This document shows positions 26,701-39,233 of a stretch of 64,000 nt of DNA, piece by piece. Position numbers and translations under genes: made by a program. The notes beneath the pieces are model-generated. The model saw nothing but the letters and a program-made list of their open reading frames with translations, had not been told where the DNA came from and did not search any database. Location of the stretch: contig NC_043017.1 in the NCBI RefSeq assembly GCF_006345805.1, forward strand, positions 29,450,001 through 29,514,000. Reading direction: 5' to 3'. How positions within the stretch are numbered: position 1 is the first letter of the stretch; every line of letters begins with the position of its first letter. The stretch is from Octopus sinensis. Lineage: Eukaryota.

Positions 26701-27650
26701 ACGCCACCATTTTGTACAACCGTCAGCTTCACCATAATCGCCATTACAGAAGAGTTCTGGCAAATTTTCTGTCTTTGTCTCTCTCTCCTTCTCCTTCTCT
26801 CTCTTTCTCTCTCTCTCATTCCCTTTTCCTCTTCCTCTCTTCATCTCCCCTCTTATTCGTCTCTATCTCACGCCCGCCTCTCTCTCTCTCTCTTATATTT
26901 CGCTGCCAATATTTCTACACCAATATTTCGTTATTTTTCAAATGTCTGACTTGCTCTTTGGTTTTTTCTCTCTTACAATTATCCACTGCACTAAAAAAAA
27001 AAACAAAAAAAAAAACGAGAAAAAAAATAGAAAAGAAAAGAGAGAAAGGAAGCGAAATTGCTGCTTAACTCTTGGGAGCGACGCAAAAGAAAAACGTAAA
27101 AACCAAATCGGAAACGATGTATCGGCGAGATGTACTCAGCTCCTGTTTATACATCGCTTCGTATTTAGTTTATACATATAGTCTGCTGCAAGGACATATA
27201 ATTTGTGATATTTTACGTGTGTTTTTAGTAGTAACTATGATCGGAAATAGCACAAAAGCGTCCCAGCTTAACCAACAAGTCAATATATCGTTTAATAAAA
27301 TGTTAATTCATATAAGATAGGTATAACTTTTTATAAAATTTTGCATGTTTCTTTTACCAAGCGAATTTGACGTCATACACGACTATCCCTGCCTCCTCTT
27401 CTCTTCCCCTCTTATTATATATATATATATATATATGCTTTCGACATATATACATTACATGCGAACTCTTTAACAGATCTTTTTGTAAACACCTCGTTGA
27501 AAGGCAATTCGTCCGTTAATTACATCTCATTTCGACGCACAAGGCAGTAAACTTATTTTTCTCCGAGAATTTTACATTGAATTATAAATACGTAGACGGG
27601 AATATTTATAAGTATATATATATATATATTATATATATATATATTTATAA

Positions 27651-27697
<47 letters not shown>

Positions 27698-27699
<2 letters not shown>

Positions 27700-27858
27700 G
27701 TCACTTAGCGGTTCGGCAAAAGAAACCGATAGAATAAGTACTGGGCTTCCAAAGAATAAGTCCCGGGGTCGATTTGCTCGACTAAAGGCGGTGCTCCAGC
27801 ATGGCCGCAGTCAAAATGACTGAAACAAGTAAAAGAATAAAAGAAAAAGAATAAAAGA
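27698..27858 (+). mobile_element. SINE-B 3' half following a (TA)n tract
   Basis: ccgtcacttagcggttcggcaaaaga...gtgctccagcatggccgcagtcaaaatgactgaaacaagtaaaagaataaaag. Confidence 0.9.
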
Positions 27859-27975
27859 AAGAATATATATATATATTTATTTATATGTATATATAAATAC
27901 ATATGAATTTTTCAATTAAATGGAGCCGCTTGAAACGGTCGTACTGCATTGCTACTTGATATCCTGTTGCTTACT

Positions 27976-28017
<42 letters not shown>

Positions 28018-28075
28018 GCATACAAACATACAGACACACACACATACTCACGCACACACACACGCGCATATATAT

Positions 28076-28213
28076 TTCGTTTTGGGATTTGGTTTGCAAG
28101 ATTCTTTATATGAGTTCGTGTGTTGAAGCATATTCTATTGTGTCTGGGGAGAGTTATTTTCTTTTTGTGCCTTATAAAGCTCAAAAAGAAAATGATTCTC
28201 TCCAGATACAACA
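28076..28213 (-). mobile_element. Short (138-bp) derivative of the foldback element at 47124-47463
   Basis: Same termini (tgttgt..., ...cgaa), same ~60-bp unique arm, ~75-bp residual hairpin; flanks gcatatatat / gcgtatatat. Confidence 0.8.
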
Positions 28214-28699
28214 GCGTATATATATATATATATTATATATATAGGTGGATGCAATGTCTACCTCGGCGGAATTTATGCTCAGATCGTAAAGACTGATGAT
28301 ATAACGCTAAGCATTTTATCTGTCGTGCAGATGACTCAGCCAGTTCATTGCCATTTAGGTGGCGGTTGGCTGTGTGGTAAGGAAACTCGCTTTGTCACTA
28401 TAAGGCTTTATTTTCAAACGCACTGCACGGTAACGCGGATAAAATACTTCTATCTTAGGCTAGACTCGACCAACGCCTTCTGACTCAATTTGCTTGACTT
28501 TGGACCGCGTATAAAAATGAACACCCACCCCTACACACACACACATATACACACATGTAAAGAAACTAAATGCATTTCATCGTTTCGTTATTTCTATTTC
28601 GGTTTTGGCATTTACATGTTACCCTCGAATTATTATTATTATTTTTTTTTTCATTAATAAGACAAAACGCATGAATAATATTCCCCAAGATAAAGACGT

Positions 28700-28830
28700 G
28701 ATCCGGCAGAATCTTTAGTACGGTGGTTATAATGCTTAGCGGCATTCCGTCCATCAATACGTTCTGAATCAAAAGTTCAATTTTGTCTTTCACCAATTCG
28801 GTGTCGATAGATTAACAACCTTGCCCCCCT
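28700..28830 (-). mobile_element. Degenerate SINE-A
   Basis: ccggcagaatctttagtacggtgg...aatgcttagcggcattccgtcc...acgttctgaatcaaaagttcaattttgtctttcacc reads as a SINE-A body; orientation by eye suggests plus-strand head, so strand is uncertain. Confidence 0.4.
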
Positions 28831-29574
28831 GCTCTGACATTGCTGCATTTATGTCAAAATTTGCAACATATATTTACCAAGGAGCATTATGCCACAAAAT
28901 TTTGGACTTGGACATGCCTGAAATTCCTGTCATTATATTTATATGGAAGCCAATATGGGTAAAACAACACCAAGAATAAGAAAAAATTAGAGAACATAAT
29001 CTTTCACGCATGATCTTTACTTTTCTCTCATTATCATCCACAAACAAGTCTTTATGTAGTCGTGATCTGAAAGAACTAGCAGCCACATTGATTTTGACCA
29101 CACAATACTCCCACAGCTAAAAGGATAAAATATTTTGGTCAGCATAATTAGTTAGCTGGGGACAAGTTTACTACGGAATACCTTCCGTTTTTGTAGTTAC
29201 TGCTCTTTTCCAATCATCCCCAAATGTGATTTTAAGTAGTGGTATAATTTTCTTGAGATTACAATTAAATTTCTTGATAATTCGCACCATTCTACTTTAG
29301 AAAACAATGTAGGAACATATTACTCAATATAATTAAATGCAGGTGAAAAAAAGCGGTTAGTCTTAATTGGATCTAATTATAGGTCTTTCCCATAATGGAT
29401 AACCTGAGTCCAAAGTAACGACACACATTCTCTTAAAATTCTCTCAAATAAACATTCTGTGGAATATTTCCGGGTGTTCGACCTGAGAAACTTCCGCTAA
29501 ATGTCTATCATATTATCTGAAAAGAGGAAAGACATTTGATAATATGTTCCAACGGGTTAATTCGTTTGCCTTTA

Positions 29575-29723
29575 GGTTCTGAGTTCAAATTCCGCGGAGG
29601 TCGACTTTGCTTTTCATCCTTTCGAGGTTGAGAAATTAAGTACCAATTGCGTACTGGGGTCGATCTAATCGACTGGCTGCCTCCCCTAAACTTTCGGTCC
29701 TCGTGCCTAAGAGTAGAAAAGGA
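29575..29723 (+). mobile_element. 5'-truncated SINE-A (gtagaaagg tail type)
   Basis: gttctgagttcaaattccgcggaggtcgactttgcttttcatcctttcgagg...actggggtcgatctaatcgact...cctcgtgcctaagagtagaaaaggat. Confidence 0.85.
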
Positions 29724-29984
29724 TATATTCCAACGGGCATAAGATTTAGAAGATCAGAAACATCTTTGAGTATAGATGTATTTCACTGGAACAGATCCCG
29801 AGTGAAACAGCAACGTCAACAACAAAACCAACAACAGCAGCAAGGTGTCCAACAAGAACGCCACTCTATGCCTCGTTATTAATGTATTAAATAGCCTTTC
29901 TCTTCTTATTCACTTTGTTCTCTCTATTATGCTTAAATATTTCAGCCACAAACTGTCACGTTGTCTCTTTTCATTTCTCTTAGG

Positions 29985-30310
29985 GTTTCTCATTCGTGAT
30001 CATTCTTCTTCTTCTTTTGTTGTCGTTGTTGCTGATGTTGTTGTTGTTCTCGTTCTTGATCTTCTTCTCCGTTTTCCTTTTTTCTTCTTCTCCTCCTTTC
30101 CCTTCTTCGGTTTCTTTTTTTCCTTTTCTTCTTCGTTTTATTCTTCCTCCTCTTATTCGTTTTCTTCTTCGTTTTCTTTTTTTCTTTTTCTTCTTTGTTT
30201 TCTTCTTCGTCTCCTTCGTTTTCTTTTTTTTCTTTTTCTTTTCCTTCGTTTTCTTCTTCTTCGTTTCCTTCATCTCCTCCTCCTGCCCCTTTATCTCCGC
30301 CTTCTACACA
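29985..30310. repeat. Degenerate (TTC)n pyrimidine tract
   Basis: Direct reading. Confidence 0.9.
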
Positions 30311-30702
30311 TTATCCTTCTTCTAATCATTCCACTTCATTCCGCCCCCCCCCCGTCGTCGCACTCTCCCGCTTTATATCCATAGATTCCAGCTGCCCCTT
30401 CAGGCACTTACTCTCCTTATATTTCTTCACGCTTTTATTATTACCAATTTATTAGATAATTATTCAATAAATAAATAAACTTATCTCATCATTGCTTATT
30501 TATTAATTATGTAATTAGTTAATATTAAATTTTAAATGAAATGAAATTAGTGCATGCAATATAATTATCAACATGTCCCCACCCGCATCCTCACAAAATG
30601 CCACCCGCATCCTCACCAAATGCATTTGTATTCATGATTTCACATCAACTATCTTGCGAAACGGATTCTTCTGGAATCTGTTTTAACCCATTAATTTCTA
30701 CA

Positions 30703-30930
30703 ATGCACGGCTGGGTGGTTAGGGTGTTGCTCTCACGATGGCAGAATCGTGGTTCCATTTTCGAACCTGTGATGGGCAGTGTTCTTGAGCAATACAATTC
30801 GTTTCACGTTGCCGCAATCCATTCAGCCGTAAATTGCTAACCGTGCGTCGGAGTAACGTTCGGTTCAAGGGGGATCTTGGCTTACCCACCTAACCAGAGG
30901 GGTGGCATTATTCGAAAACTAAAACAATAT
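30703..30930 (+). mobile_element. Degenerate SINE-C2
   Basis: tRNA-like head ggctgggtggttagggtgttg..., then gttcttgagcaatacaattcgtttcacgttgccgcaatccattcagc, similar to 34200-34441. Confidence 0.55.
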
Positions 30931-31683
30931 AAGGAAACGTATTGTGACCAGCATCTGATAATCTGGTCGATACAAGTGCATAGTGATATCTACAATCATT
31001 TATGAGGTTAGAAATCAACCCCAACATATGACTGGTACATCACACTACCGACCCCCTTTCCTATGTATCCTCATCGCAGTCGTCGTCTACTCTCTATTTC
31101 TGCATCACTCAACTTCAATCTCTTCTGCAACATTCGTGATTTCTGTTCGATTAGAAATTTTCCAATTATCAAAGTCTCATATATTTAGTATCTTGATCTC
31201 TTCATTTCATTTCTTCTCGAAATGACAGACACCGACATATGTACGTACGCTCACAGACATATACGCACAATTGCACAAAATACAACGTATTCTCTCCCTC
31301 TCTACCAAATTGTCTGTCCTTGCTTGTACACGTTTATTTTCTTATGTTTTTCTCTTTCAAAATCTTGAGCTGACTTCCTTTCATACATAATTATTGCTCT
31401 GCTTCGTTCTCTGCCTCTCCGTCAACTACTCCCGCTCTCAGTGCATTAATTCTCATATCTAGGTTACAATAAACGTCACAGGAAGTCGTTAATGAGTTTA
31501 GCAGCCATTTTTCTTTCCCATTATTTAAACAATTAAATGATATTCTCACGCAAAAAATTCGCCCTAACATCAATTATGTATGTATGTATATATGCATGCA
31601 TGTACGAATTTGAACACGTATGTACATACGTATTATGCATGTATGTATGCAGGCGCACACTAACACACATGCACGTACATTTA

Positions 31684-31750
<67 letters not shown>

Positions 31751-31779
31751 TGCATGTATGTATATATATTTTCTACTCT

Positions 31780-31898
31780 AAGCAAAATGCCCGAAAGTTT
31801 GGAGGAGGGGACCAGTCGATTAGATCAACCCCGAAAAGATGAAAGGCAAAGTTGACCTCGGCGGAATTTGAACTCAGAACGTTTCTGCCAGCTCACCG

Positions 31899-31902
<4 letters not shown>
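31780..31902 (-). mobile_element. Internally deleted SINE-A
   Basis: ccccgaaaagatgaaaggcaaagttgacctcggcggaatttgaactcagaacgtttctgccagctcaccgcc. Confidence 0.85.
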
Positions 31903-31976
<74 letters not shown>

Positions 31977-31984
31977 CATGCAAA

Positions 31985-32130
31985 CTACATGACCTAGTGG
32001 TTAGGATGATGCACCTATGATCGCAAAATCTTATTTTAGAATTCCAGGCCAACTGTAGTGTTGTGATCTTGAGTAACACGATTCATTTCACGGTCTTTTG
32101 CAATTATTTCGATAGCTGACGTGCGGCATA
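31985..32130 (+). mobile_element. Highly degenerate SINE-C2
   Basis: catgacctagtggttaggatgatgcac...atcttgagtaacacgattcatttcacggt. Confidence 0.45.
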
Positions 32131-32419
32131 TTTAATCACCAGCAAATGCAATATCAATTTGGAGGGAGTGAACATCAATTTGATGGAGGAAGTGAGCTTA
32201 TATGAATAAAAAAAATCAAATGATGCGTGTGGTTGTTCAGTCAGAAATTGTGGAGTCCTAAAACATCGTATAACGACAGAGACTCCGTTATGTATATGTC
32301 CATTAACAGCATCGCTTTAAATGATAAGGAGGATAATATTCATTATTAGGAACAAATTTACATCTACTAAAATAAACTGGTGTGAATGCAGTGAAGTTCA
32401 TTGTACCGTTTTTATACAC

Positions 32420-32663
32420 ACATTTACACGCACACATACTCACACACACACACACATATACTCATACACACACATACTCATACACACACATACTCATACA
32501 CACACACATACTCATACACACATACACACACTCATACACACACACATACTCATACACACATACACACACACACACACATACTCATACACACATACACACA
32601 CACACACATACTCATACACACATACACACACACACACACACACACTCATACACACATACACAC

Positions 32664-32695
<32 letters not shown>

Positions 32696-32705
32696 CACAT
32701 ATATA
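32420..32705. repeat. (CA)n array with repeating catactcata interruptions
   Basis: Direct reading. Confidence 0.9.
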
Positions 32706-32749
32706 TATACCCTTCTCACTAGCTCTCCTGTGTGAACCTCCTGTCCGGC

Positions 32750-32935
32750 ATTCGCCATGATAGATCGCTAGCCACTGCACATTCTCTCTATATTTATTTT
32801 CTCACCTTGTTTCTTTCTGTGGAAGAGCGTAGGCTCGAAACGTTAAAGACAATTTTACTTCCCGCTTGTTGTACTAATACATCTGATTTTTGTCTACACC
32901 ATCTTTCTACCTCTTTTTTGTGAATTCTCCCTATA
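32750..32935 (+). mobile_element. Dispersed ~230-bp repeat, copy 2
   Basis: cgccatgatagatcgctagccactgcac...ctgtggaagagcgtaggctcgaaacgttaaagac...tactaatacatctg...ctacacca...gtgaattctccc(TA)n. Confidence 0.75.
32812..32849 (+). ncRNA. Minimal type-I hammerhead-like ribozyme motif, variant core
   Basis: Stem I TCTTT/AAAGA; core CTGTGGA plus extra A; stem II GAGC-GTAG-GCTC; GAAAC-GT-T with palindromic ACGT in place of stem III. Confidence 0.5.
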
Positions 32936-33323
32936 TATATATATATATATATATATTAAATATATATATATAGTTGCATATATGTATTTATCATTATATA
33001 AATGCAAACATATATGCGTATAAGCATACACACACACATATATTGAATGCACATACAACGTATCTATGTATCTACATACATTCCGAGATTTGTGCGCAAG
33101 TAATTATCGCAACCTTTCTGTTTACTTTGAGGCATCTTTCCGGAAATATTTCATATATTAATCATGCTATGTATATTAAACGTCCATCATGCTCATATTT
33201 TAGATAAAATTATACCATCGATTAATTATGGTTTTCTAATCATTAATATCTAATCGGTTGATATTTGAATAAGTTCTACTGTCAACAACAGTTATTTACT
33301 GTGTGGGCATGTGATTAAATATT

Positions 33324-33372
33324 TTAAGCTGAAGAGCGCTTGATGAGACGAAGAATCCTCGAAACTTCTTGA
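33324..33372 (+). ncRNA. Second, degenerate hammerhead-like motif
   Basis: TTAAG-CTGAAGA-G...CTC-GAAAC-TT-CTTGA; canonical CUGANGA and GAAA, 5-bp stem I with one G.U, poor stems II and III. Confidence 0.3.
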
Positions 33373-33589
33373 TATTATGTAATAAATATTACATAATATA
33401 TTCCTGTGATATATTTGATGTCGAGATTGCCTCTTGTATAATTCCATATATAAACAAAGTAAAACGTCCTAGTTCTAATATACTCATTCTAAATAATTAT
33501 GTATCTTCCTTAGATTAATAAAATTTGCAACGCTTACATTCATATCTACCTGTTACATTTCTTTTGCCTTTTATGTTTAACTTGTTGCA

Positions 33590-33958
33590 ATCGTTTGTTT
33601 TGTGGCCACGCTGAAGCACCGTCACAAAGAATTTTATTCGAACGGATCGACTCACAGTCATTTTGTTTTTTAAGCCTGATACTTATTCTATCGGTATCTT
33701 TTCTACGACTGCTAAGTTACGGGAATGTAAACACCCGCGCACTGATTGCCAAGGGGTAGTGTGGGACAAAAAACTTACATCAATACACACACAAAAACTC
33801 AGACACACACTCGCACATACTATGTGCTTCTTTTAGTTTCCATCTATTGAATCCACTCGCAAGGCTCGAGGCCACAGTAGAAGACACTTGCCCAAAGTGC
33901 CAAGCAGTGGGACTGAACCTGAAAGCATGTGGTTGGGAAGCAAGCTTCTTACCACGCC
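33590..33958 (-). mobile_element. Degenerate SINE-B
   Basis: tggccacgctgaagcaccgtc...gaagacacttgcccaaagtgccaagcagtgggactgaacc...caagcttcttaccac. Confidence 0.8.
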
Positions 33959-34199
33959 GGCAATTGATGTCTCTAGGTGCCCAAAGTTCGCTTTTAATTA
34001 CTTGATACATGTTAGTCTGAGACTTGGTAATTCTTCAAGTAATTATATTCTCCGACGTAAATAGGTTTAATTAATCAGGAGAGGAAGAACGCTAATGACC
34101 CCCATTTGTACATTCCCTTAGCATGTGGAAGATTGGCTGTAGAAACTAAACCTCAGGAGTTGCTACAGTTTTTGGTCGAGTGTTAAATTAATGGTTAAG

Positions 34200-34441
34200 T
34201 CGCCTTCTCGAGGCATGTCGACTCAAAAAACGCCAGGTTCCCAGTTTCCATGGCGTATAAATTCTCCTACTGGACGTCCCGTCGGTACAAAGCAGGATAA
34301 TTTATTTTTGCCAGTTAAGTGGACTGGAGCAACGTGAAATGAAGTATTTTGCTCAAGAAAACAGCGCGTCACCCCTATCCAGGAATCGAAACTGCAATCT
34401 TACGGTCATAAGTCCAATATCCTAACCACTAAGCCACGAAC
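34200..34441 (-). mobile_element. SINE-C2
   Basis: Minus-strand head gtggcttagtggttaggatattggac...gtttcgattcctggat, then ttcttgagcaaaatacttcatttcacgttgctccagtccactt. Confidence 0.7.
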
Positions 34442-35074
34442 CTTCACTTTGTCGAGTGTTGGTTATAATAGAAGCAACTTGCTTTGATTTCGTGTAGTCG
34501 GATAAGTGTAGACGGTATAATTGCAAAGGAAACGTTATAATCGTTCGTCTGTATGAATGAAATGTAAAAGAAATTAAAAAATAGAAATAAAGAAAAAAAT
34601 GAAGAAAAATTATAATCATTGTTTCAAAATTCACAATAGTTTCAGGTTTTTCAAACGAGAATAAAGCAGCACGATGAATGTCAGAGGATATCTCATTTAT
34701 TCTTTAACTTTTTAACCTATTGATTATATTAACCAAAGTCAAGCAGTACGTTACGATGAGTATCAGACACGTTGACATCAAAAATGTTTGCAGTGGAACA
34801 ATCCGCCACGCGTACGATTATAAAACGATTTATAGAGAGGAATTTTTGATTATATATTATTTATATTGTATAATGATATGTTGTTTATTTTTTAAGAAGG
34901 AAAGTGAGAATTGGAAGTACAAGTGGTCGACATATGTGTCTGGTCAGAGAAAAAGATATGTGTTCTTAAGAAATTACTAGTTGACAGCCGTATGTGAGAA
35001 AGGGACAGAGATGCAATTACAGAAGAATGATATAGTGTTGAGATTCTATAGTGGCAAGAAATAAGTGAAGATGT

Positions 35075-35285
35075 TGAAGAGAGAGAGAAAGACAGAGAGA
35101 GAGGGGGAGGGAGAGAGGGAGAGAAAGAAAGAAAGAAAGAGAGGTAAAGAAAGAGAGAGAAAGAAAGAAAGAGAGGTAAAGAAAGAGAGATAGAGAAAGA
35201 AAGAGAGAAAAAGAAAGAGAGAGAGAGACAGAGAGAGAGAGAGAAAGAAGGAAAGAGAGAGAGAATGAGAAGGAAAGAGATGGTG
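35075..35285. repeat. Purine (GA/GAAA)n tract
   Basis: Direct reading. Confidence 0.9.
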
Positions 35286-35959
35286 AAGGAAATATAGTTG
35301 AAACGAATGAGACAAGTAGACATAAATGGAGGTGACCCTAGGTCATACTCTTCCAAATTCATAAGTTTCCCGATGAAATTAAGGTGAAATTTTTGTCACA
35401 TGATGATCGAAACCGGATCGCCGTCTCCCTATGGCATTACGGCTTCCTCTAATATCCTCTCATGTAATCTAGATAATATTGATAAAACGAAATCTGAATG
35501 AAGGGCGACATGATATATATTCTTGGAGGTGAAGTTCATAATTCTCGGACATATAATAATGTCAGCCTACTTCACAATGATTGGTCGATATTGCTTGCAG
35601 CTTTTATCGTCTCTAAAATATTCATGATCAACCTGACGTAATTTTATCGAAAACAGATAAAAATGGGCGGACTGGTTCTCATGTAGTAATTGTACTACTA
35701 CTTCTTACAACTTAAGCAAATAGACAGAGAAAACGAATGTATTGTAGTGAGACTTATAGCTGCTATTGTTTATTACTTCAAATTCTTTTTTTTTTTTTTA
35801 GGACGCATATACTTAAAAATACCACTTCACAATGAGAACCTAGCCTTCAGCTATGCTATATGCCAGCGATAACGCATTAATTCTTACGCACCATCTGCAT
35901 AATAGGTGGTGTACATTTATACGTACAAATCATGCATAGATAAGCACACCAGAGCGTAT

Positions 35960-36426
35960 GCATATTTGTGTGTGGGCATATATGTGTATATATATATATG
36001 TATGTATATATGTATATATGTATGTATATATGTATATATATGTATGTATATATATGCATATATATATGTATATATATGTATATATATATATATGTATATA
36101 TGTATATATATATTTTTTATGTATATATATGTATATATATATGTATATATATATGTATATATATACGTGTATATATATGTGTATATATGTATGTATATAT
36201 ATGCATATATATGTATGTATATATATGCATATATATGTATATGTATATATATGTATGTATATATATATGTATATATATGTATATATATGTATATATATAT
36301 ATATATATGTATGTATATATATATGTATGTATATATATTATGTATATATGTATATATTATGTATGTATATATATTGTGTATATATATATGTATATATTAT
36401 GTATATATATTATATGTATATATATG

Positions 36427-36471
<45 letters not shown>

Positions 36472-36698
36472 ATATATATGTGTATATATGTATGTATATA
36501 TATATTATATATGTATATATATGCATATATATGTATATGTATATATATGTATGTATATATATATATATGTATGTATATATATGTATATATATATATATAT
36601 ATGTATGTATATATATATATATATATATATGTGTGTATATATATATGTATGTATATATATATGTATATATATGTTATATATATGTATATATATGTATG

Positions 36699-36730
<32 letters not shown>

Positions 36731-36860
36731 TAATGTATATATATATATATATATATGTGTGTATATATATATGTGAATATATACATGTATATATATATAT
36801 ATGTATATATTTATGTGTATATGTATATATATATATATATATACACACACACATATAAAA
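35960..36860. repeat. ~0.9-kb (TA)n/(TATG)n array
   Basis: Direct reading. Confidence 0.95.
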
Positions 36861-37010
36861 ATACTGCAAAGTAGCCTGTGTGTATATAGATTGTTATTGA
36901 AATATACTTATATATACACACATATATATAAATATGCATATAAAAATACTGCACAGTAGCCTGTGTGTGTATATAGATTTGTATTGAAGTGTACTTATAT
37001 ATATATATAC
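36848..37010 (+). repeat. Short tandem duplication (~85 bp)
   Basis: atataaaaatactgca.agtagcctgtgtg..tatatagatt..tattgaa.t.tacttatatata occurs twice. Confidence 0.85.
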
Positions 37011-37376
37011 TTATAAATAAAACACATTAAAACTGTTTTGGTGAAATCAGAAGTAGCCAAAATGAAGTAGAATTTATTGAATTCAGAGACTGAAAATATT
37101 TATTGAGTGCTTACTAGACACAAGAGAATCATTTTTCTCTATTAAGGTTTACGTCTACTTGCAACATTCATCCTACACTGAGGCAATCAATTACTCTGCT
37201 TTTACCATCAATACCACTAATAATTAATTAAAGTGTATGATTTATGGATAAATAAGTAATCCTATATCTTAAATGTTACAATTAGTGCTCATGTCTCCAG
37301 TAAAATCAGCGAAATCGTGAGCTTATACATCCAACACAGGATAAAACACACATCGTTGTATATATATATATATATA

Positions 37377-37871
37377 TATATTAGTGTTAGTCGAGTAAAC
37401 CAATGTCAGTCTATATTACCTATCCCACAAATATGACTAAACTCTTAATTACATTCATAGACATTCCAGCCATCTTAGGTATATGATTCATGATCTCATT
37501 TCAATGTTCTCACTTAAGTCTTGCCAATTTCTGCCTATTAGCACGTTCTCTTCTATGCATCCTATTACCGAAATGGACATTCAGAATATATTTTTGAGTG
37601 TACTATTTCACAGTCCAGCACCTAAAATTACTTGGAACATATCCTTTTCTATATATCAGTCACTATCCATGCTATATAAATCTTTTAAAACGTACTGTTG
37701 AAATTAATGTATATCACCCGACATTCAATAATGAATGCTATTAAAATCCACACTAGAAACTGAGATGCAATTTACCATATTTTAACACCTATAATCTTAA
37801 GACAAAGTACAATACACATTACTCCGTGTAAGCGCACTTTTACTCGAAAAACGTTTCTGTTTCGCAAAAGA
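37377..37871. repeat. ~495-bp non-coding segment duplicated at 44371-44869
   Basis: Near-identical sequence in the same orientation; the track shows matching ORFs 37483 and 44477. Confidence 0.95.
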
Positions 37872-38509
37872 TATAGCATTTTGATATATTGTACCACTCA
37901 TAATAACTCTTAAACTTGCGTTGGTACGACTTCCAGTCACTTCAAAACAATATATTATTGTCACACGCATTCACTTAAGAATCCAGGAAATAAAAAACAA
38001 ATCTCTGACCGTTGCAGGGAATTCGTACACAAAAACCTTTACAACCGGAATATACATTCTAAATCTGTTATCTAGGGGCTGAACGTACAGCAGTCTTTAT
38101 GATATTTATAGCATAGAGTGTGGTCAACCATTTAGTTTTTGCACCAATTTCATTCATGTTCTGCCTTATTTCATTTATAGTTACATTGCATCTACATTCA
38201 TAGGAATTTCAGAATTTCCAGTAGCTTATGTCTCTACATGTACGCGTATGCCGGCTTCCGTGTTGTACAATAATCCTTTTTTTATATTTTATCTATTCAT
38301 TCAAAGAATGACATTTTCAACTCATTTGCAATAATTTTCACCTTTAACATTCTTACGTGTGTAAATCTATAACAATGCTATTTTTCGTATCTCATTGTAT
38401 TATTGTTTCGATATTCTATCATGTACAGTTTATATTTCGTCTTTGTTTCAAATAAAATCGACATTTTGAAGAGAAAATTGTAATCATTATATAAAAGTAG
38501 GTTAACGCC

Positions 38510-38538
38510 ACATATGTACATATATATATATAATATAT

Positions 38539-38570
<32 letters not shown>

Positions 38571-39233
38571 CACACATACATATATACACAAATATACATA
38601 CATATATATCTACACACATATATATCTACACACATACATATATATATGCACACACACACACATATATATATGCACACACACACACATATATATATATGCA
38701 CACACACATATATATATATATATGCACATATATATATATGCACACATATATATATGCACACACATATATATATATGCACACACACACACATATATATATA
38801 TGCACACACACATATATATATATATGCACACACACACATATATATATATATCCACACACACATATATATATATATGCACATATATATATGCACACATATA
38901 TATATGCACACACATATATATATATATGCACACACACATATATATATATGCACACACACATATATATATATGCACACACACATATATATATATGCACACA
39001 CACATATATATATATGCACACACACATATTATATATATGCACGCATACATATATATATATATATGCACACACACATATATATATATGCACGCATACATAT
39101 ATATATATATATGCACACACACATATATATATATGCACACACACATATATATATATATGCACGCATACATATATATATATATATGCACACATACATATTT
39201 GCTCACATACATATATGCTCACATACATATATG

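Noticed and set aside
25985-26819. Ile/Val-rich and Met/Thr-rich ORFs resembling membrane or mucin proteins
   Set aside because: They are frames of the (ATC/GTC)n array.
29845-30455. Phe/Ser/Leu-rich and Lys-rich ORFs
   Set aside because: They come from the (TTC)n low-complexity tract.
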